Assembly: GCA_041690595.1 (NCBI GenBank) | Contig: JAWLHB010000013.1 | Location: forward strand, 62,001 to 126,000 | Reading direction: 5' to 3' | DNA: 64,000 bases | Source: Lentisphaeria bacterium | GTDB taxonomy: Bacteria; Verrucomicrobiota; Lentisphaeria; JABSQK01; JAWLHB01 | In this document: in pieces, positions 49,424 through 59,056 of the stretch | How positions within the stretch are numbered: the stretch's first letter is position 1 | How the letters are laid out: each line of letters opens with the position of its first letter | Notes under the pieces: model-generated | The model's input: the letters and a program-made list of their open reading frames with translations, nothing else | What the model was told of the DNA's origin: nothing | Database searches by the model: none | Made by a program: the position numbers and the translations under genes

Positions 49424-51438
49424 GCCTCGCACTGATGCTGATGGTGAGCGGGCTGACGGCCGCGCTGGTGAGCGGCGTGCCGGGGCTGCTGCTGGACCGC
49501 CGGTCGAGCTGGGGTCAGCGGCTGAGCAGTTGGCTGATGATCGTGGGCGCGGTGTGCGGGATGATGGGCGCCGGATTGGGGTTGCGGGGTGAGGCGAGCG
49601 TCTGGGCATTGCCGGGAATGACTTCGGGCGGCGCGTGGAGTGTGGGGGTGGATGCGGTGAGCGCCTGGTTCGTAGCGCTGATATTCCTGGTGAGCGGCCT
49701 TGGGGCGCTCTATGGCGAAGGGTACTGGCGGCAGGAGTCGCATCCCGACAACGGGCGAAAGCTGCGGCTTTTCTGGGGCTGGCTGGTGGGGGGAATGGTG
49801 CTGCTGGTGCTGGCGCGGCACGGGCTGGTCTTTCTGCTCGGCTGGGAGATCATGGCGCTGTCGGCCTTCTTCCTGATCAGCACCGAGGATGACCAGGTGG
49901 AAGTGCGGCGGGCAAGCTGGTATTACCTGATCGCGACGCATCTTGGAACGCTCTGCCTCTTCGCGATGTTCGCGTTGATGCGGGAGGTGAGCGGCTCGCA
50001 TGTGCTGCGCCCGCTGGAGGTACACGAGGCTGGCCTGGGGATGATGACGGCGATTTTCCTGCTGGGGCTGGTGGGCTTTGGTTTGAAGGCGGGGTTGATG
50101 CCACTGCATTTCTGGCTGCCTGGGGCGCATGCGAATGCGCCGAGTCACGTGTCGGCGCTCCTGAGCGGGGTGCTGATCAAGATGGGGGTGTATGGTCTGG
50201 TGCGGCTGTGCGGCTGGCTGCCGGAGCCGCCGGTGGCGTGGGGGGCGCTGCTGCTGGTCGCTGGGGCCGTGAGCGGGGTCCTGGGGGTGCTGATGGCGAT
50301 CGGGCAGCACGACATCAAGCGGCTGCTTGCATATCACAGCATCGAGAACATCGGGATCATCGTCATGGGGCTCGGGCTGGCGATGGTGGGGAGATCAATG
50401 GGGCGTGGCGACTGGGTAGTGTTGGGGATGGCGGGCTGCCTGCTGCATGTCTGGAATCATGGTTTGTTCAAGGCCCTGCTCTTCATGGGGGCAGGGTCGG
50501 TGGTGCATGCGACGGGAAGCCGGGAGATCGACCGGATGGGCGGACTGGCGCGGCAATTGCCGTGGACGGCAGGGCTCTTTCTGGTGGGGGCGGTGGCGAT
50601 CTGCGGCCTGCCGCCATTGAACGGTTTTGTCAGTGAGCTGCTGGTCTACCTTGGGTTGCTGCGGACGGCGGGAATCGGGAGTGGCGCGAGCTGGCCGGCG
50701 GCGGCGCTGGCAGTGCCGGTGCTGGCGATGATCGGGGCACTTGCGGTAGCCTGCTTCGTAAAGGTTTATGGCGCGGTTTTTCTGGGGATGTCGCGGAGTG
50801 AGAGCACGCTTGGGGCACATGAATCGCCGGTGACAATGCTGGCGCCGATGGTGGTGCTGGCAGGGGCATGCGTGGCAATCGGCCTCGCGCCGATGCTGGT
50901 GGCGCCGGCCCTCGGGCAGGCCGTGAGCACATGGGCGCCGGAGACAGTAGGTGGGCCGAAGCTGGCGGCGCTGGCGCCCTTTGGCTGGGTGAGCATGGCG
51001 GCAGGGGCGTTGCTGCTCACTATTGGCGGAATCTGGGCCGGCACGGCTATGGCGCGGCGCGGCAAACCGGCGCGGCTGGAGGAAACATGGGCGTGCGGCT
51101 ATGCCGAGCCGACGGCACGCATGCAATACACGTCATCGTCTTTTGCCGGCTTTCTGGTGAGCATATTCCGATGGGTGCTGAGGCCGCGGGTGGATGGACC
51201 GGAGTGGCTCGGGAGCTTTCCTGAATCGTCGCACTTTCACAGCCATGTCGACGACCCAGTGCTGGAGAGGCAGCTCCTGCCGGCGGCGCGGGTGGTCGAC
51301 GGGTGGCTGAGTCGATTCCGGCAACTGCAGCAGGGACAGGTGCAGAGCTACCTGCTCTACATCCTGGCAGCGGTGCTGGCAATGCTGGTCTGGGCGATGC
51401 CGCTGGGCCGGATTGCGGGGAGGCTCTTCTCACGATGA
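49420..51438 (+). CDS. hyfB: HyfB/NuoL-like antiporter-type membrane subunit (copy 1)
   Basis: WEIMALS, KAGLMPLHFWLPGAH..APSHVSA, KRLLAYHSIEN, PPLNGFVSE, W.CGY..MQYT. Confidence 0.85.
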   Translation: MSLALMLMVSGLTAALVSGVPGLLLDRRSSWGQRLSSWLMIVGAVCGMMGAGLGLRGEASVWALPGMTSGGAWSVGVDAVSAWFVALIFLVSGLGALYGEGYWRQESHPDNGRKLRLFWGWLVGGMVLLVLARHGLVFLLGWEIMALSAFFLISTEDDQVEVRRASWYYLIATHLGTLCLFAMFALMREVSGSHVLRPLEVHEAGLGMMTAIFLLGLVGFGLKAGLMPLHFWLPGAHANAPSHVSALLSGVLIKMGVYGLVRLCGWLPEPPVAWGALLLVAGAVSGVLGVLMAIGQHDIKRLLAYHSIENIGIIVMGLGLAMVGRSMGRGDWVVLGMAGCLLHVWNHGLFKALLFMGAGSVVHATGSREIDRMGGLARQLPWTAGLFLVGAVAICGLPPLNGFVSELLVYLGLLRTAGIGSGASWPAAALAVPVLAMIGALAVACFVKVYGAVFLGMSRSESTLGAHESPVTMLAPMVVLAGACVAIGLAPMLVAPALGQAVSTWAPETVGGPKLAALAPFGWVSMAAGALLLTIGGIWAGTAMARRGKPARLEETWACGYAEPTARMQYTSSSFAGFLVSIFRWVLRPRVDGPEWLGSFPESSHFHSHVDDPVLERQLLPAARVVDGWLSRFRQLQQGQVQSYLLYILAAVLAMLVWAMPLGRIAGRLFSR

Positions 51439-53426
51439 ACAACCTGAGCCTGATCCTGACGGCAACAGCGCTGCTGGGGGTGAGCGGGGTGCCCGCGATC
51501 CTTTGCCGGCGCGGCTGGTTGCCGGGGCAGAGGATAGCGGCCGGCCTGATGGTGGCGGGGAGCATTCTTGGGCTGGCCGGAACTGGTCGGGCGCTGGCCG
51601 GCCCCCTGCCAGAGCTATGGATCGCGGCCTGGGGGCTGCCGATCGGGCAGTTCGCGGTCGCCATCGACGGTTTGAGCCTGGTCTTCCTGCTGCCGATCTT
51701 CGTGGTGCCGGGAGTGGGAGCCATCTACGGGCTGGGCTACTGGAGCGGGGTGAGCCAGGTGGAGAGCGGGCGGCGGCTGGGCTTCTTCTACGGGTTGCTG
51801 GCGGCGGCGATGGCGCTGGTGGTGATCGCCCGCGATGGCGTGCTTTTCCTGATTGTATGGGAAGTGATGGCGGTAGCTGCCTTCTTTGTAGCGACCGTGG
51901 AAGACGAGAAAGGGGAGGTTCGCCGGGCGGGGTGGATTTACCTGATCGCGACGCACCTCGGGACGCTCTGCCTGATCGCGATGTTTGCGCTGCTGCACCA
52001 GGCGACGTCGAGTTGGGCGCTGACGCCGATGGCCTCGGGAGCGGTGGCCCCGAAGCTGACAACGGGGATCTTCCTGCTGGGGCTGGTGGGCTTCGGGGTG
52101 AAGGCGGGGTTGATGCCGGTGCATGTGTGGCTGCCTGGAGCGCATGCGAATGCGCCGAGCCACGTGTCGGCGGTGATGTCAGGGGTGATGCTCAAGATGG
52201 GGGTTTACGGGATCGTCCGGCTGACGGGGATCCTGCCGGCGGGGCCTGTCTGGTGGGGCGGACTGCTGCTGGGCGTCGGGGCGCTGAGCGGGGTGCTGGG
52301 CATCGCTTTTGCCATTGGCCAAGGGGATCTCAAGCGGTTGCTGGCGTACAGCAGCATCGAGAACATCGGGATTATCACCATGGGGGTGGGACTGGCGGTG
52401 CTTGGCCGGAGCATGGAGCGCCCGGAGTGGATCGTGTTGGGGCTGGGAGGAGCGGTGCTGCACATGTGGAATCACAGCCTCTTCAAATCGTTGCTCTTCC
52501 TGACCGCGGGAGCGGTGATCCATGCGGTCAGGAGCCGGGAGATTGAGAAGCTGGGCGGGTTGGCCAAGCGGATGCCGGTGACAGCTGCCTTCTTCGTGCT
52601 GGGGGCGGTGGCGATCTGCGCGCTGCCACCGCTGAACGGCTTTGTGAGCGAATACGTAATCTATGTGGGGCTGCTGCAGACGGCGCTGAGCGGGGCGGGG
52701 GCGGCGTGGCCGGCATCGCTGGGAGCGGTAGCACTGGCGTTGATCGGGGCGCTGGCGGCTGCCTGCTTCGTGAGGCTGCTGGGGACGGTTTTCCTGGGTG
52801 AGCCGCGGAGTTCAGCGACGGCTGAGGCGCATGAGCCAGGGCTTTCGCTGCTGCTGCCGATGGCGGTGCTGGGAGGGATGTGCGCCGCCCTTGGGCTGGC
52901 GCCGTGGCTGACGATACGGCTGGTCGAACGAGCGGCATCGGCATGGCAGGGAGTGCCGGGAAGGCTTGCATTTCCGCTGGAGCAGACGACGCAATTAACC
53001 ATGGTTGGCGTCATGGGATGGGTGCTGCTGCTGATGGTGGCCCTGTTGCTGGTGGTGCTGAAGGTGGCTTTGCGCGGCAAGGCAATCGGTCGCACGGGCA
53101 CCTGGGATTGCGGCTACGCGAGGCCGACCGCGCGCATGCAGTACACCGGTTCCTCGTTCGGGCAGAGCCTGGTCGGCCTCTTCGGTTGGGCGCTGTGGCC
53201 ACGGCGACGGGAACCGCTGGTGAAGGGAGCGCTGCCGGCGCCATCGAGCTTTTCGAGCGAGGTTCCCGATACGGTGCTGGATCGGCTGGTCCTGCCAGCG
53301 TTCCGCTTCGCGGACTACTTTCTGCCCTGGCTGCGGCTTCTGCAGCAGGGTCGCATCCATGTGTACCTGCTCTATATACTTGGCGCGGTACTGGCGTTGC
53401 TCTTGTGGGGACTAACGGGAAGCTGA
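51435..53426 (+). CDS. hyfB: HyfB/NuoL-like antiporter-type membrane subunit (copy 2)
   Basis: Same motif set as the preceding gene. Start 51435 by ATGA overlap. Confidence 0.85.
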   Translation: MNNLSLILTATALLGVSGVPAILCRRGWLPGQRIAAGLMVAGSILGLAGTGRALAGPLPELWIAAWGLPIGQFAVAIDGLSLVFLLPIFVVPGVGAIYGLGYWSGVSQVESGRRLGFFYGLLAAAMALVVIARDGVLFLIVWEVMAVAAFFVATVEDEKGEVRRAGWIYLIATHLGTLCLIAMFALLHQATSSWALTPMASGAVAPKLTTGIFLLGLVGFGVKAGLMPVHVWLPGAHANAPSHVSAVMSGVMLKMGVYGIVRLTGILPAGPVWWGGLLLGVGALSGVLGIAFAIGQGDLKRLLAYSSIENIGIITMGVGLAVLGRSMERPEWIVLGLGGAVLHMWNHSLFKSLLFLTAGAVIHAVRSREIEKLGGLAKRMPVTAAFFVLGAVAICALPPLNGFVSEYVIYVGLLQTALSGAGAAWPASLGAVALALIGALAAACFVRLLGTVFLGEPRSSATAEAHEPGLSLLLPMAVLGGMCAALGLAPWLTIRLVERAASAWQGVPGRLAFPLEQTTQLTMVGVMGWVLLLMVALLLVVLKVALRGKAIGRTGTWDCGYARPTARMQYTGSSFGQSLVGLFGWALWPRRREPLVKGALPAPSSFSSEVPDTVLDRLVLPAFRFADYFLPWLRLLQQGRIHVYLLYILGAVLALLLWGLTGS

Positions 53427-53428
53427 CG

Positions 53429-54337
53429 ATGATGAATCTGCTGATCCATGTGATTTTACTGGTGGTATTGCCGCCGCTGTTGCTCGGAGTGATCAACAAG
53501 ACAAAGGCGCTCTTCGCGGGGCGTCGCGGGCCACCGGTATTGCAGGCGTATTACGACATCATCAAGCTGATGCGCAAGGGGCTGGTGCTGAGCAGGACGA
53601 CGACGTGGATCTTCGTGGCGGCGCCGGCAGTTGGGTTGGCGACGATCCTGCTGGCGGGGCTGCTGGTGCCGCAGGGGGCGTCCCGGTCGCCGATCCTCTT
53701 CACCGGCGACCTGATCCTCTTTGCTTATCTGCTCGGCCTGGGGCGCTTCTTCACGACCGCCGCGGCGCTGGATACGGGGTCGCCGTTCGAGGGGATGGGG
53801 GCCGCGCGGGAGGTGACCTTTGCCTGCCTGGCGGAGCCGGCGCTGCTCTTCGGGCTGCTGGTGCTGGTGCGGCTGTCGGGATCGTTGACGATGGATGGGA
53901 TGCTGCACGGGCCGCTGAAGGTGCCTCTGGGGCCGGTGGCGGCACCGCTGGTGCTGGTGGCGATCGGTCTCTTCATCGTGCTGCTGGCGGAGAGTTGCCG
54001 GATTCCGGTGGACGATCCGAACACGCACCTGGAGCTGACCATGATCCATGAGGTGATGGTGCTGGACCACAGCGGGCCGCTGCTGGGCATGATTCTCTAC
54101 GGGGCGGCGATCAAGCTTTTCGTGCTGGGGGCGATTCTGCTGCACGTTGTGGCGCCATTTCAGTTCGGCCATGCGGGGTTGGACTGGGGGCTCTTCGTGG
54201 TGGAGATGCTGGCGCTGGCGGTACTCATCGGGATCGTGGAGTCGGTGATGGCGCGGCTGCAGATGCGGCACGTGCCTTACCTGTTGATCTCCGCGGTCCT
54301 CTTCTGTGGTTTCGGATTCGCACTGTTGATAAGGTGA
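53429..54337 (+). CDS. hyfC: HyfC/HycD (NuoH-like) membrane subunit
   Basis: GRRGPPVLQ.YYD..KL..K, GAARE, RIPVDDP.THLELTMIHE. Confidence 0.87.
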   Translation: MMNLLIHVILLVVLPPLLLGVINKTKALFAGRRGPPVLQAYYDIIKLMRKGLVLSRTTTWIFVAAPAVGLATILLAGLLVPQGASRSPILFTGDLILFAYLLGLGRFFTTAAALDTGSPFEGMGAAREVTFACLAEPALLFGLLVLVRLSGSLTMDGMLHGPLKVPLGPVAAPLVLVAIGLFIVLLAESCRIPVDDPNTHLELTMIHEVMVLDHSGPLLGMILYGAAIKLFVLGAILLHVVAPFQFGHAGLDWGLFVVEMLALAVLIGIVESVMARLQMRHVPYLLISAVLFCGFGFALLIR

Positions 54338-54341
54338 TCAG

Positions 54342-54983
54342 ATGATATCGTTGCTCAATCCATTGCTGGTGATCGTGCTGGTCCTGAATCTCTTCGCGCT
54401 GGGAAGCAGCCGGCTGCGCGCGGTGATACGGGCGGTGGCGCTGCAGGGGACGCTGCTGGCGTTCATGCCGCTGGTGGTGCACCAGCATGGGGGCTGGGCG
54501 GTGGTGGCGGTGTCGCTGGCCACAGTCCTGCTGAAGGGGATTGTCATCCCGGGCATGTTGATGCGGGCGCTGCGAGAGACGCAGATCAAGCGGGAAGTGG
54601 AGCCGCTGATCGGGCTGCTTCCGTCAATGATTCTGGGGGCGGCGGCAACGGGATTTGCAATGGTCTTCGCCAGTCATCTGCCGCTGAGCGGCGAGCATAC
54701 GGCGCCGCTGCTGGTGCCGGCATCGCTGGCGACGGTGCTGGTGGGCTTCATTCTGCTGACGACCCGTTACAAGGCGATCAGCCAGGTGATCGGGTACCTG
54801 GTGCTGGAGAATGGGATCTTCATCTTCGGCATGCTGCTGATCGAGTCGATGCCGATGGTGGTGGAGATGGGGGTACTGCTGGACTTGTTCGTGGGGATCT
54901 TCGTGATCTGCATCATCGTCAATCACATCAACCGGGCGTTTTCGTCGCTGGACACACGCCGGCTGGCGGAGTTGAAGGATTAA
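54342..54983 (+). CDS. hyfE: HyfE-like membrane subunit
   Basis: Hydrophobic protein with QVIGYLVLENG and VE.GVLLD motifs. Confidence 0.85.
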   Translation: MISLLNPLLVIVLVLNLFALGSSRLRAVIRAVALQGTLLAFMPLVVHQHGGWAVVAVSLATVLLKGIVIPGMLMRALRETQIKREVEPLIGLLPSMILGAAATGFAMVFASHLPLSGEHTAPLLVPASLATVLVGFILLTTRYKAISQVIGYLVLENGIFIFGMLLIESMPMVVEMGVLLDLFVGIFVICIIVNHINRAFSSLDTRRLAELKD

Positions 54984-54985
54984 CC

Positions 54986-56419
54986 ATGGCGTACTTACTG
55001 ATCTTCTTTCCGGTGGCGATGGCGGCCCTGGCGGCGGCGTATCCGGGTAATCGACATCGGCCGCTGCTGTTGCCGCTGACGGGGGTGCTTCATCTGGCGA
55101 TGACGCTGTATGTGCTGATGCATCCGGCGCACCTGATCGCTTCGCCCTGGCTGGAACTGGATCCGCCGGGGCGGCTGGTGCAGTTGCTGGTGAGCGGTCT
55201 CTTTGTGGTCTGCTCGTTCTATGCGGTGGGGTACCTGCGGTACCGCCGGGAGCGGCCGAACCGCTTCTTCTGCGCCTGCCTGCTGGGCTTTCTGGGGATG
55301 ATGAGCCTGGTGACGTGGTCGCAGCACCTCGGGCTGATGTGGGTGGGCATCGAGGCGACGGCACTGGTCACGGCGCCGCTGATCTACTTCAACCATACGA
55401 CGCGTTCGATCGAGGCGACATGGAAGTACCTGCTGATTGGCTCGGTGGGAATCGCGCTGGCATTGCTGGGGTCGTTCTTCCTGGCCTATTCGTCGGTGCA
55501 CGAGGGGCTGACCGGGTCGCTGACCTTCGAGAGCCTCCTGCACAACGCGCCACAGTTGTCCAAGCCATGGCTGCACGCGGCCTTCGTGCTGCTGCTGGTC
55601 GGGTATGGCACGAAGATGGGGCTGGCGCCGATGCACACGTGGAAGCCGGATGCGTATGGTGAGGCGCCGGGGATGGTGGGCGCGCTGTTGGCGGGGGGGC
55701 TGACCAGTTGTGCCTTCCTGGCGATTCTGCGCATCTATCACCTCTGTCTGGCGGCGGGCGAAGGGGCGTACGTTTCGCGCGTGCTGATCTTCATGGGGCT
55801 CTTCTCGATGGCGGTGGCGGGGGTCTTCATGGTGGGGCAGAAGGATTTCAAACGGATGCTGGCCTACTCCAGCGTGGAGCACATGGGGATCCTGATGTTG
55901 GGGCTGGGGATTGGCGGAATCGCGATCTACGGAACCCTGCTGCACATGATGAACAACGGCTTGACGAAGGGGGTGCTCTTCCTCTCGGCCGGCAACATTC
56001 ACCGAGCCTTCGGCAGCAAGTCGACGACGGAGGTGCGGGGGGCGCTGCGGCGACTGCCGCTGTCGGGAGCATTGTTTCTGGCGGGCTTTCTGGCGATCAC
56101 GGGGTCGCCGCCCTTCGGGCCATTCATCAGTGAGTTTGCGATCCTGAACGGGGCCTTCTCGACGGGTCACTATGCGGCGGGGGGAGCCTTTCTCTTTCTG
56201 CTGCTGCTGGTCTTCATCGGGATGGGAGCGACGGTGCTGGCGGTGGTGCAGGGCAAGCCTTCGGAGACGGCAGGCGCCCCACCCTACAGGGACGGCTGGC
56301 TGACGGCGCTTCCGCCCCTGCTCCTGCTCGGTCTGGTGCTGGTGCTGGGGCTATATATTCCCGCGCCGCTCAGCCGGTTGCTCAACGATGCCGTACTTTT
56401 TCTGGAGGTGAGCCCATGA
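54986..56419 (+). CDS. hyfF: HyfF-like antiporter-type membrane subunit
   Basis: EATWKY, GYGTKMGLAPMHTWKPDAYGEAP, KRMLAYSSVEH, GSPPFG.F.SE. Confidence 0.87.
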   Translation: MAYLLIFFPVAMAALAAAYPGNRHRPLLLPLTGVLHLAMTLYVLMHPAHLIASPWLELDPPGRLVQLLVSGLFVVCSFYAVGYLRYRRERPNRFFCACLLGFLGMMSLVTWSQHLGLMWVGIEATALVTAPLIYFNHTTRSIEATWKYLLIGSVGIALALLGSFFLAYSSVHEGLTGSLTFESLLHNAPQLSKPWLHAAFVLLLVGYGTKMGLAPMHTWKPDAYGEAPGMVGALLAGGLTSCAFLAILRIYHLCLAAGEGAYVSRVLIFMGLFSMAVAGVFMVGQKDFKRMLAYSSVEHMGILMLGLGIGGIAIYGTLLHMMNNGLTKGVLFLSAGNIHRAFGSKSTTEVRGALRRLPLSGALFLAGFLAITGSPPFGPFISEFAILNGAFSTGHYAAGGAFLFLLLLVFIGMGATVLAVVQGKPSETAGAPPYRDGWLTALPPLLLLGLVLVLGLYIPAPLSRLLNDAVLFLEVSP

Positions 56420-57951
56420 TTCCTGCAGCCTCACGGGTAGCTAGCCTGGGCAATGGGCGCTCGATCGCGTTGAGCGCCATCCCCATGGTGTCGATGGCGG
56501 AGTTCGGTCAGAGCATCCTCGATGCCGTCAGCGGCGGCCAGCGGGTGAGCGCCCTGTTTGCGGCGGCCAGCGGCATTGCGGGCACAACCGACCTCTACCT
56601 GGTGCTGGCGGACGACAAGGAGAGCCGCCTTGGGGTCTGCCGGTCGCGGGTGGAAGGGGATGCGTATCCGTCACTGGCGGCGGACTGTCCGCAGGTGCAA
56701 CTATTCGAGCGAGAGATGGCGGAGCAGTTCGGCTTGCGGCCGATGGAGCACCCGTGGTTCAAGCCGGTGCGCTATCGCTCGTCGTGGGTGGCGGACCGCG
56801 ATGCGTGGGGGCGGGCTTCGGGCGAGCCGATCGTCGTGGGGGTGGGCGATTTCTACCGGGTGGAGGGGGAGGAGATACACGAGGTGGCGGTCGGTCCCGT
56901 GCATGCCGGGGTGATCGAGCCGGGACACTTCCGCTTCCAGTGCCATGGGGAGAAGGTCTTTCATCTGGAGATCTCGCTGGGCTATCAGCATCGCGGGGTG
57001 GAGGAGGCGCTGATCGGCGGCCCCACGGCACGCTCGATTCACTATGCGGAGACACTGGCTGGGGATACGACGATCGGCCATACGACCGCCTATTGCCAGG
57101 TCATCGAGGCGCTTGCCCAGTGCCAGAAGAGTGCACGGGCCCAGACGCTACGGGGGATCGCGCTGGAGTTGGAGCGGCTGGCTAACCATGTGGGCGACCT
57201 GGGGGCGCTGGCGGGAGATGTCGGCTTCCTGCCGACCTCGTCGTACTGCGGGCGGTTGCGCGGTGATTTTCTGAACATGAGCGCCCTACTCTGCGGGAGC
57301 CGTTTCGGCCGCGGGATGATACGGCCAGGTGGCGTGGGTTTCGACATGGATGAGGCGCGCGTGGCGGAGTTGAACACGCGTCTGAGCGCCGCCGAGAAGG
57401 ATACGGCCAGCGCGGTGAACCTGCTATGGGTCACGCCGTCGGTGATGGCGAGGTTCGAGGATACGGGGCCTCTGCCGGCGGCGGTCTGCCGAGAGCTTGG
57501 GATCGTGGGGCCGGCGGCGCGGGCGGCCGGTCTGGGGCTGGACGTGCGCCACACGCATCCGTCGGGAATCTTCAGGTTTCAGCAGCTTCCGGTTTCAACG
57601 TGGGAATCGGGGGATGTGCTCTCGCGTGCCTATGTGCGCTGGCTGGAGATACAGCACTCGATCAGTTTCGTGCGGAATCAGTTGCGAACGCTGCCGGCGG
57701 GAGAGATACGGGCGCCGCTGGGCAAGCTGGCGCCGAACCGGCTGGCGGTATCGCTGAACGAGGGCTGGCGCGGCGAGCTTTGTCATGTGGCGATTACCGA
57801 TGAAACGGGGCGCTTTGCCCGCTACAAGGTGGTCGACTCCTCCTTCCATAACTGGGCGGGGCTGGCGTATGCGCTGCGAAACCAGGAAATTTCCGACTTT
57901 CCGCTCTGCAACAAGAGCTTCAACCTTTCGTACTGCGGACACGACTTATGA
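56416..57951 (+). CDS. Hydrogenase-4-related large subunit lacking [NiFe] ligands (EhrL-type)
   Basis: VGPVHAGVIEPGHFRF, LGYQHRG, EGWRGE. Both CxxC Ni motifs are absent (ETLAGDTTIGH; DFPLCNKSFNLSYCGHDL). Confidence 0.85.
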   Translation: MIPAASRVASLGNGRSIALSAIPMVSMAEFGQSILDAVSGGQRVSALFAAASGIAGTTDLYLVLADDKESRLGVCRSRVEGDAYPSLAADCPQVQLFEREMAEQFGLRPMEHPWFKPVRYRSSWVADRDAWGRASGEPIVVGVGDFYRVEGEEIHEVAVGPVHAGVIEPGHFRFQCHGEKVFHLEISLGYQHRGVEEALIGGPTARSIHYAETLAGDTTIGHTTAYCQVIEALAQCQKSARAQTLRGIALELERLANHVGDLGALAGDVGFLPTSSYCGRLRGDFLNMSALLCGSRFGRGMIRPGGVGFDMDEARVAELNTRLSAAEKDTASAVNLLWVTPSVMARFEDTGPLPAAVCRELGIVGPAARAAGLGLDVRHTHPSGIFRFQQLPVSTWESGDVLSRAYVRWLEIQHSISFVRNQLRTLPAGEIRAPLGKLAPNRLAVSLNEGWRGELCHVAITDETGRFARYKVVDSSFHNWAGLAYALRNQEISDFPLCNKSFNLSYCGHDL

Positions 57952-57979
57952 AACGCCGGAGTTCACTGGAGATGCAACG

Positions 57980-58759
57980 ATGATCAGAGTCGCCTTGGCC
58001 CGCTGGAAACAGGGACACCGGACGATACGCTACCCGGACGGCCCCCCGCCGCCCCTGCCCGATCGCCTGCGCGGACGTCCGGTTATCCAGGGGGCGAGCT
58101 GTCCGCCGGCGTGTCAGGCCTGCGCGGAGGTCTGCCCGACGGGGGCGATGCAGCCAGGCGAGAAGGTGCGGATCGACCTGGGGAAGTGCCTCTTCTGCGC
58201 GGATTGCGTCGCCGCCTGCCCCGAGCAGGCAATCGCTTTCACCGACGACTACCGCCTCGCTTTCCGGCAGCGGGAGGAGATGATGGTGGAGCCGGGGCAG
58301 GAGGAGCTGAAGCTGGCGGCGGCTCTTGACGAGAAGCTTCGCCGCCTCTTCGGGCGCTCGCTCAAGCTGCGCCAGGTGAGCGCGGGCGGCTGCAATGCAT
58401 GCGAGGCGGATATCAACGTGCTGAGCACGGTGGGCTGGGATCTTGGCCGTTTCGGTATTCAGGTGGTGGCGTCGCCGCGCCATGCGGACGGGCTGATCAT
58501 CACCGGGCCGGTGACCCGGAATATGGAGCTGGCGCTGCGCAAGACGTACGAGGCGCTCGCCGAGCCGCGGATCGTGATCGCGGTAGGTGCCTGCGCCTGC
58601 TCCGGGGGGCCGTATATCGGCCACGGGGAGAGTCTCGACGGAGCAGCGTCGGTGGTGCCGGTCGATCTGTACATCGCCGGCTGTCCGCCCCATCCGCTGA
58701 CGATCCTCGACGGCCTCCTGCGCCTCCTCGGCAAGCTGGAAGCCGGCGAACGGGGGTGA
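57980..58759 (+). CDS. Ferredoxin-like domain fused to a NuoB/HyfI-like small Fe-S subunit (EhrS-type)
   Basis: CPPACQACAEVCP, CLFCADCVAACP, GCNACE, SPRHAD, GAC, GCPP. Confidence 0.88.
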   Translation: MIRVALARWKQGHRTIRYPDGPPPPLPDRLRGRPVIQGASCPPACQACAEVCPTGAMQPGEKVRIDLGKCLFCADCVAACPEQAIAFTDDYRLAFRQREEMMVEPGQEELKLAAALDEKLRRLFGRSLKLRQVSAGGCNACEADINVLSTVGWDLGRFGIQVVASPRHADGLIITGPVTRNMELALRKTYEALAEPRIVIAVGACACSGGPYIGHGESLDGAASVVPVDLYIAGCPPHPLTILDGLLRLLGKLEAGERG

Positions 58760-58777
58760 GCGGGGACGCGGCAGGAA

Positions 58778-59038
58778 TTGACCACAAAGAACGCAGAGAT
58801 CGCAAAGATCGAGCGGAGACGGGACCGGACAGGACGTGGGGAGGGCAGGGAACCACGGAGACACGGAGATGGGATGAGGGGGGCAGGCTGGATGCGCGTG
58901 ACGCGGGGACGCGGGGACGAAGTGGCGGACGGAGCAGACGGAGCAGACGGAGCAGAGAGGCAGCGCGGTGGACGCAACGCCGAATGGGGTTGATGCGTGG
59001 TGGTGCAAGGGGGACGCGGGTCTGACAGGGCAGACAGG
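58778..59038. repeat. Mosaic of 8-9-bp short tandem repeats between convergent genes
   Basis: CACAAAGAA-like x3 (58778-58808), CACGGAGA x2 (58854-58869), GACGCGGG x2.5 (58900-58919), GACGGAGCA x3 (58928-58954), TCTGACAGG/CAGACAGG (59021-59038). Confidence 0.8.
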
Positions 59039-59056
59039 AATGTCTACCCCGCATTC

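Noticed and set aside
56416..57951. Functional [NiFe] hydrogenase or formate hydrogenlyase
   Set aside because: Ni-binding CxxC motifs are missing, and no maturation or formate dehydrogenase genes are in the window.
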